Assembly (NCBI GenBank): GCA_965240325.2
Contig: OZ251236.1
Coordinates: 992,001-1,056,000, forward strand
Reading direction: 5' to 3'
DNA: 64,000 nucleotides
From: Rebecca billardiae RCC1528
Taxonomy: Eukaryota; Protista; Haptophyta
Within the stretch, counting starts at the first letter, position 1; each line of letters opens with the position of its first letter. This document shows positions 57,870 through 64,000 of this stretch, piece after piece. The notes under the pieces are model-generated. The model was not told the origin of the DNA. It did not search any database and saw only the letters and a program-made list of their open reading frames with translations. The position numbers were made by a program, and so were the translations under genes.

Positions 57870-58499
57870 CTAGTAGCACTGTGACTGCATGACAGCGCAG
57901 TGTCGCAGCGTGGCAGAGTCGTACACGTATACGACGTACGTACTGATGTATACGCGCGCAGTCCGGAGGAGTCAGGAGAGTACCAGACAGGGCGCGAGGT
58001 GGGCGCCTGAGTCGCGACGCCGTCTCAGACTGCTGGACTCCACACTTGCCCGAATCGCGGCCGTTGACCAGGCTGAGTCATCCCGCGTGCGAGCATGCGG
58101 GGCAGGCGCACGGGTCGTCAATTGTGGGCCACTGATTGGCACCCGGTCCGATGAGCAGCGGAGCAACAGAGGCTAGCACATGTCCAGCGAGGGCTACCTG
58201 CGACCGAATCTGCGAGCGCGCCGCCGTGCGCCGTGCGCCGTCCAAGGTCGACAATGGCAAGGCCCCGGCGGACGGCGTGACGGACGGTGCTCGCGGATCG
58301 TACGCGCCGCCAACGGACACGCAAGTGCGCAACCATCCGCGCCTGTCATGCGCACGCGCAATGATGTCAAGGTGCCGAAGGCCGCGGAGCGCGCAAGTGC
58401 TCGTCGACGCGCACATTCCTCTGCAGAGGAACAGTGACTCAGGAACAGCTCAGCCGATGGTACGCCGCTGCCGACTGCCACCCATGTGGTGCTGCGCTT

Positions 58500-59500
58500 G
58501 ACGCAACCCATGTTGTGTAGCATCACCGTATTGTAGCCAGCCTCGCGCGCTACCGAAGACGACTTTGATCTGCTAGTTACTACTGGGGAAGTCGGCGGCA
58601 AGCCTGCCGGAGCGGACGTCGGTGCTCCGCTGTAGACGCATGCGCTCGTGCGCTCGAGGTGGCGTTCGTCGTACAGCGAGGTGAACTGCGTACGCGTCGT
58701 CGGGCTCGAGCCCTCAGCGCACGTGTAGCTCTGCATAGCGCCCAGCCCGGCGATAAGCGCGGAGGACGGCGCGGAGGTGTCGCTCCGGCGCTCCACTGTG
58801 CGCATGCGCTGACGCAGCAGTCCCTGGAGCGCGTCGGCGAGCGCGTGCGTGTTGAGGTGGTCGAGGCAAGCGTCGAGCACGCGGCGGTGCAGGTGCAGCC
58901 GCTGAACAAGCAACTACTCGCAGCACACGCGGACGCGTGGCGCAAGGAGGAACCGCTCGAGCTGCTGAAGGGCACGCTGAGCGCGCTCAAGGCTGAGCCT
59001 TGAGCGAGGCTGCGCTGAGCGCAACTTGCAGCTCAGCGCAGCCGTGCGCGTGCAGACGCGCGTGCGGGGGCATGCTGCGCAGACGCAGCGCTGCAGCCAA
59101 CATGGAGCCTGCCTGGAACTGACCTCCAGCGCACACTCTTGCGCGCGCCCTTCAGCGCAGCTGATCGACAAGGGCCTTGGCCACGGGTCTGACGGAGCAC
59201 TCTCGCATGGTGGCCTGCTCAACGCCGTGTATGCCAGCAGCGCGCTTCGCACGCTGGCCGTCAGCGGCGAGCACGGCGAGATCATCTACCGAGTGCTCGA
59301 GGTGTCCCTGCTTGAACTGCTTTCCCTTTGCGAGCAGCACGTACTTCACCGCGAGCACGGCGCGCGCGCGCCGCCACGCTGCTTCTTGTCGGGCGCGGGC
59401 TCGCCAGCCTCACCGAGGAACTCGAAGTGCTTCCCGACGCCCGGCGCCACTGCCTCCGCCGGCCAGTGCACGACTGCGTCGAGCAAGGGCGACTGAACAG
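58500..59500 (-). pseudogene. Possible decayed gene
   Basis: Helical protein-like frame LERAQRALQQLERFLLAPRVRVCCE*LLVQRLHLHRRVLDACLDHLNTHALADALQGLL with an internal TAG at 58914-58916 and upstream frameshifts. Confidence 0.3.
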
Positions 59501-59728
59501 GCCAGCGCGGTTCAGGACGTTTGCGACCGAGCCGATGAAGACCGTCGTCGGCGCATCGCTCCGCGCGCGTGGCGTGGTCCGAAAAATACCCCCCCAAGGC
59601 CCCAATTGGAGCAAAGGAATCGATTGGAGCAGGCAATTTCATTCCTTAATTAATTTGTTGTGATGTGGCGCTTGCGCGTGTCGTGGAGTTCCGGTTGGAT
59701 CGCGCGCCGCGCGCCGGTTGCGTTCAGG

Positions 59729-61418
59729 ATGTGCGCCCTTCTTCGGGAGCCGCGGCGTCCATACACCACGGAGTGTACAAGCACCGTGCTGTGTGTGCTC
59801 ACGGTGGCGTGCGCGATCTGGTCGGCGCCGACGATGGCCCTCGGGCAGTCGTCACACTCACGCCCGCCAGACCAAGATGGAATCGTCATCGTGCGTCTCG
59901 CAAGGGGGGGGCGTGCTGCTCCCGTGGGTGGAACCGGCGCCTCGCCCTGGCAAGCTGAACTGTGGTGCGCCCGAGCAGGCACACGCGCCCCACCGCCCCT
60001 GCATCCTGCAGCTCCTCAACGCCAGCAGCCGAGAAGAGTTAAATCCTAACAGCGGCAACCTGGTCTGGGGCTTCGGAGCTGGCAGGCTCCTTCCGCCGAG
60101 GCTGGACGACAGTGGGGCCACGGGCTGGGTGGATGCACGCTTGCCGAACGCCACGGATGCCACATTCTCCGCGACTGCGAACATCGTGTGCCCGGCGGAA
60201 GCCGCCTGTGAGCCCCATGGAGCAGATAGCCTCAACAGGATCGTGGATCGGGTCAAGCGCGCTCATCATGCCACCACGCCTGCGCCAGTTGTGGTCGTCG
60301 GCATGGGGATCCAGCTCAGCTTTGACAGCTACACCCGGGGAGTGTGCTCGCCAGGATGCTGCGACCTGGGCAGCCTGGCGCGCATTGGCACCACGGACGG
60401 CAGCCGAGTGGTGCTCAGCGAGAGGATGCGCGCCAAGCTTCGTGCTCTCAACGACCATGCCGTGCAGCATGGCGGTGGCATCGGCCTGCGGGGCACGTTC
60501 ACGCTCGCAGCCGTGCGCGCCAACTGCCAGGGGTGCACCGCCTTCCGCGCCCTCGGATGCCCCTCGCTCTTTCTCAACACGGGGCCTCAGCTGGGCATGC
60601 GCCTGCAGGCGCGGTACCGAGCGCTGGTGAGCAAGCTCGCGGCGGGTGAGGGACAGACGCGCCCGCCGCTGCGATTGGCCGTGAACTTTCCGGCCAACTG
60701 CGACAACAGGGATGCATGCCCGCAGCTGTGGGCCGGGCTGCTCGGCCTGCTGCGGCGCCACCCAAGCTCCTTCGCGGTGCTGCAAACGCCACAGGATGTC
60801 AGTGCAGCCCATAGGTTCCGCATTCCGCACAACCGCCTGCGCTACTTCACGGATGTTCGGGCGTGGATCCGAGCACTCGAGGACGTCGACCTGGTGCTGG
60901 GCGCGCGCATCCACGGCTCCATGGCGGGCATCGCGGCGGGTACGCCAGTGCTGCTGCTCGCGACCGACTGGCGGCAGCTGGAGCTCGCAAACATCATGCA
61001 CATTAGCTCCGCCGTGGTGGAGCTGGGCAGTGCGGGCATGCGCCACGCTCCTTCGGCTCCAGCTGCTGCGGGCTCAGCGACGGCCGGCCCGCCACCCGCA
61101 GCGGGGGCAGGGCAGCGCGGTCTTGAGCCGATACTCTCCGAGCATGCCGACCCAGTGCGGCGCTCAATGAGCAGCGCCCGCGCCGGCCGACCCCCCGAGG
61201 TCACCTGGGGGTCGAAAAGTATGAAGAGCGGCGCCGCCTCTGCTAGGCTGCTCAATCTGGCGGCGCACGCTGCTGCACACTTCGATGGGGCGGCCTTCGA
61301 CGTAAACCGGCGCATGCTGGCTGTGGAGTACGTCACGATGCTGCGCGCGGCCGGCATGCCCACTGCGTGGGATGCATATTCCGGCAGCGAGCTGGCTGCA
61401 TGGCGATTGATGTCGTAG
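59729..61418 (+). CDS. Polysaccharide pyruvyltransferase-family protein; the N-terminal anchor is out of frame at a G8 tract
   Basis: Motifs NSGNLVWGFGA, VVVGMGIQ, IGLRGTFT, ALGCPSLF, WIRALEDVDLVLGARIHGSMAGIAAGTP...DWRQLELA. The TM-containing frame from ATG 59729 joins if one G is removed from 59904-59911. Confidence 0.82.
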
Positions 61419-61951
61419 TAGTACGTCGTCATGATGGCTAAGCGCCGCCGCCGGCGAATCGTCTCCGTGCTCTGTCTCTCTCTCTCTCTCCGTCACTATC
61501 GTCAGTCTCTCTGAGTCTCTGAACTCTGAAGTCTGATGCCGTCCGAGACTCTGCAGGGCAGCATTAGCCAGCACTAGACTAGTAGACGCAGCAGGCCGTC
61601 CGCGCGTCTTATTATATATATAGCGCGCAGCAGTAGCTAGCCGCTTATACGCTGCTGATATAGCGCAGTAGTATAGACGATCACTTAGCAGCATCGACTC
61701 ACATTATTTAATGATTTATTTCGACTGCTCAACTACTAGCAGAGTGAACTACGACGGCTCTGTGCGATCTCGTAGTCTTAGTCTACTCTCATCTGCTCTC
61801 TCTCTAGCTCTCAGCTCAGTCTCTCTCTCTCCCTTTCTCCCTCTAACCACTCCGCCATGCCCTGCTCGCTCGAAGCGCCGACGAGCGCCGCATCAGCCTC
61901 CTCACAGTGGCAGCAGCAGTGGCAGCAGTATCACCGCAGTCCTGCCTTCGG

Positions 61952-63292
61952 CTACGCGCGCGCGGAGGACGACGCACACGCCTCGAAGACGCCCAGCAGC
62001 TTGGCCACGTCCGACTCGTCGCAGAAGTAGTGCGCGCTCACGCGCAGCAGCGGCGGCAGCTGGCGGCGCGCGGCGTCGAGCGGCGTGCTCGACGGGTAGC
62101 TCACAGAGAGGGACACACCCGCTGCCTGCGCGGCCGCGTGAACGGCCGGGGCGCCGCCGATGCCGTCGACGTCGAGCGCGACGATGCCCGAGCGCCCGCA
62201 TCCGCCCGGCCCGTCCGCTGGCAGGTCCGCCACGCGCACCCCGCGCACGCCCACCGCCTCGCGCCGGATCTGCTCCGCGAGGCCGCGCACCCGCTCGGCA
62301 ATCGGCTCGAGCCCGAGGCCGAGGGCGTAGTCGACGGCGGCGCCGAGACCGAGCTGCGCGGCGACGCTCGACTCCCAGAACTGGTAGCGCCGCGCGTCGG
62401 GGCGCATCTGGTACGCGTCGGGGCCCTGCCACGTCGCCGAGTACATGTCGAGCATCGGCGGCTCGTCGAGCACCTCGGGCGCGCTCCCCTGCAGCAGCGC
62501 GCCGCGACAGTAGAGCACACCCACGCCGCGCGGGCCGCGGAGCCACTTGCGCGAGGTGGTCGCGGCAAAGTCGGCGTTGGCGGCGCGCACGTCGACGGGG
62601 AGCTGGCCGACGGACTGGCACGCGTCGAGCAGGTACAGCGGACCGCCCTCCTCCGGCGCGCCGCCCACCTCGCGCACCAGCCTGCCCACCGCGACCGCGT
62701 CGTACACAGCGCCGCCGTTGGTGGGCACGTGTGTCAAGCACACGGCCTTGGCCGTGCGGCCGGCGCGCTCGAGCTCGCGGCCGAGGGCGTCGAGGTCGCA
62801 CCCGCCGCTCGGCGCCGCCGCGACGAACCTGACACGCGCGCCGTGCCGCCGCGCGTGCTGCACCAGCCCGATCGCATTCGCCGCGTACTCGGCGTCGCCT
62901 GCCGAGATGAGCACATCCCCGGGCGCAAGCCGGACCGAGTAGATCGCGCGCGCGAGCGCGGTGGTGGACGAGTCGAGGAGGGCGATCTCGGCGGACGACG
63001 CGGCGTTGAACAGCGTGGCACATGACTCGAACACTCGCTCGTGCTCGTCCTTCACCGCCGCCGCCGCGGCGTACCCGCCGATCTCGGCCTCGAGATTCAG
63101 GTGCTGCACCATGCGCTCCAGCACGGGCGCGGGCGGAGGCGACGCGCCGGCGGCGTTGAGGTGCGCGTGGCGGGCGCACGAGGGGGTGGCCGCGCGGACA
63201 GCCTGCACGTCGATGCACAGTGCTCTGCGGTGCGGCAGGAATGGCAGCGAGGCGGCGAGGAGGCGAACGGCGCGATGGGCCGCCGCCGCCAT
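61952..63292 (-). CDS. Aminotransferase class V PLP-dependent C-S/C-Se lyase (EgtE-like)
   Basis: Motifs HLNAAGAS, HLNLEAEIGGY, LLDACQSVGQ, SRKWLRGPRGVG (PLP Lys), LRVSAHYF. Arg/Ala-rich presequence. Intronless. Confidence 0.9.
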   Translation of the reverse strand: MAAAAHRAVRLLAASLPFLPHRRALCIDVQAVRAATPSCARHAHLNAAGASPPPAPVLERMVQHLNLEAEIGGYAAAAAVKDEHERVFESCATLFNAASSAEIALLDSSTTALARAIYSVRLAPGDVLISAGDAEYAANAIGLVQHARRHGARVRFVAAAPSGGCDLDALGRELERAGRTAKAVCLTHVPTNGGAVYDAVAVGRLVREVGGAPEEGGPLYLLDACQSVGQLPVDVRAANADFAATTSRKWLRGPRGVGVLYCRGALLQGSAPEVLDEPPMLDMYSATWQGPDAYQMRPDARRYQFWESSVAAQLGLGAAVDYALGLGLEPIAERVRGLAEQIRREAVGVRGVRVADLPADGPGGCGRSGIVALDVDGIGGAPAVHAAAQAAGVSLSVSYPSSTPLDAARRQLPPLLRVSAHYFCDESDVAKLLGVFEACASSSARA

Positions 63293-63567
63293 GATGAATG
63301 AAGCCCGAGCTTGCCAGTGCGGCGACTCTGACAGAATTGTATGATGGCTTGAATGGTACCTGAATAAGAATGTACGACAGCTGCTAGTACAGTACAGTAA
63401 GTACAGTCGTAAACCTCGTCCGCTCTGTGAGTCTGACTCTGCGGCAGGCCACTCTCTTCGACGACGACGTGCGCTGCCGTCGTCCACGAAGACTGCACGT
63501 GCCGCTGCGGCGTTTGACCGCCAGTAATACAGCTGTTCACGGTCAGGTCAGCTTGGATATCCGAATC

Positions 63568-64000
63568 TCAGCACGAGCGCGCCCGCTTCTCGGCTGGCCG
63601 CCCGTCGACCGCCGCGACAGCACTCGCCGGCGCCGCGGCGTCGTGTAGCACAGCGTCCCGGGCCGATTCGGCCGCATCGCACGGCCGCGCGCCATCCGCT
63701 GCGCCGCCATTGCGCACGTGGGCTTCACACGCGCCTCGGGCGCAGCCGCACGATGGGCTGGCTGGCACCGTCCCGGCCGCGGGCAGCGCTCTGGCCTCAG
63801 ACGCGCCGGGCGCGCCGCAGCCGTCAGCGCCCGCCTCAGCCTGCTCGTCGTCGACGACGACGACGATGCGCGCGCGGGGGAGCACGCGCGGAAGCTGCTC
63901 CCCGATCACGGCCGCGCACGAGTCGCAGAGCGGCTTCTTCGACCACAGCGTCACCGTCCCATCGTACCCGTCGCACACGCCCTCGGCCGAGCCGCCCGCG
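63568..64000 (-). CDS. C-terminal part of a zinc-dependent nucleic-acid deaminase-fold protein; 5' end outside the window
   Basis: GTVTLWSKKPLCDSCAAVIGEQLPRVLPRARIVV gives strand, PxCxxC, helix, strand, as in toxin-type deaminases. Confidence 0.65.
   Translation of the reverse strand, partial: AGGSAEGVCDGYDGTVTLWSKKPLCDSCAAVIGEQLPRVLPRARIVVVVDDEQAEAGADGCGAPGASEARALPAAGTVPASPSCGCARGACEAHVRNGGAADGARPCDAAESARDAVLHDAAAPASAVAAVDGRPAEKRARSC

Noticed and set aside
63568-63573. Cys-TGA at the end of the deaminase ORF as a possible second Sec codon
   Set aside because: It lies in a disordered tail with no redox-family context, and I saw no SECIS-like structure downstream.
1-64000. tRNA and rRNA genes
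   Set aside because: No cloverleaf or rRNA-conserved blocks were recognised by eye; tRNAscan-SE or barrnap would be needed to exclude them.

Overview
This is eukaryotic nuclear DNA of very high GC content (roughly 70% or more in genes). It has short (about 90-300 nt) GC-rich spliceosomal introns without polypyrimidine tracts, at least one GC-AG intron, and TA/GA-rich spacers. The style suggests a haptophyte alga, possibly Pavlovophyceae (inference only). About 18 protein genes can be modelled: an AzgA purine permease, a GT29-like/GT47 glycosyltransferase fusion and its GT47-only paralogue, a selenoprotein S-like gene, a PDZ-UBA adaptor, an SLC35A transporter, malic enzyme, an MFS transporter, an organellar ProRS, a GNAT, a PA-domain multi-TM protein, THOC5, a Med18/pseudo-metacaspase/PAS fusion, a giant coiled-coil protein, a METTL13-like methyltransferase, a Cys-repeat surface protein, a polysaccharide pyruvyltransferase, a class V PLP lyase, and the end of a toxin-type deaminase. 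Many genes sit in tight head-to-head pairs. The 27.5-34.4 kb interval is non-genic, with nested long inverted repeats and a Mutator-like transposon. The most notable signals are: (1) a hidden selenoprotein (G-UGA-R-UAA) with a non-canonical SECIS candidate; (2) a Med18 domain fused to a catalytically dead metacaspase split by a ~740-aa PAS-containing insertion; (3) the GT29-like/GT47 fusion among other glycosylation genes; (4) a bacterial toxin-like deaminase; (5) three long foldbacks with ~290-320 bp spacers. All family assignments come from motif recognition by eye, not database searches.
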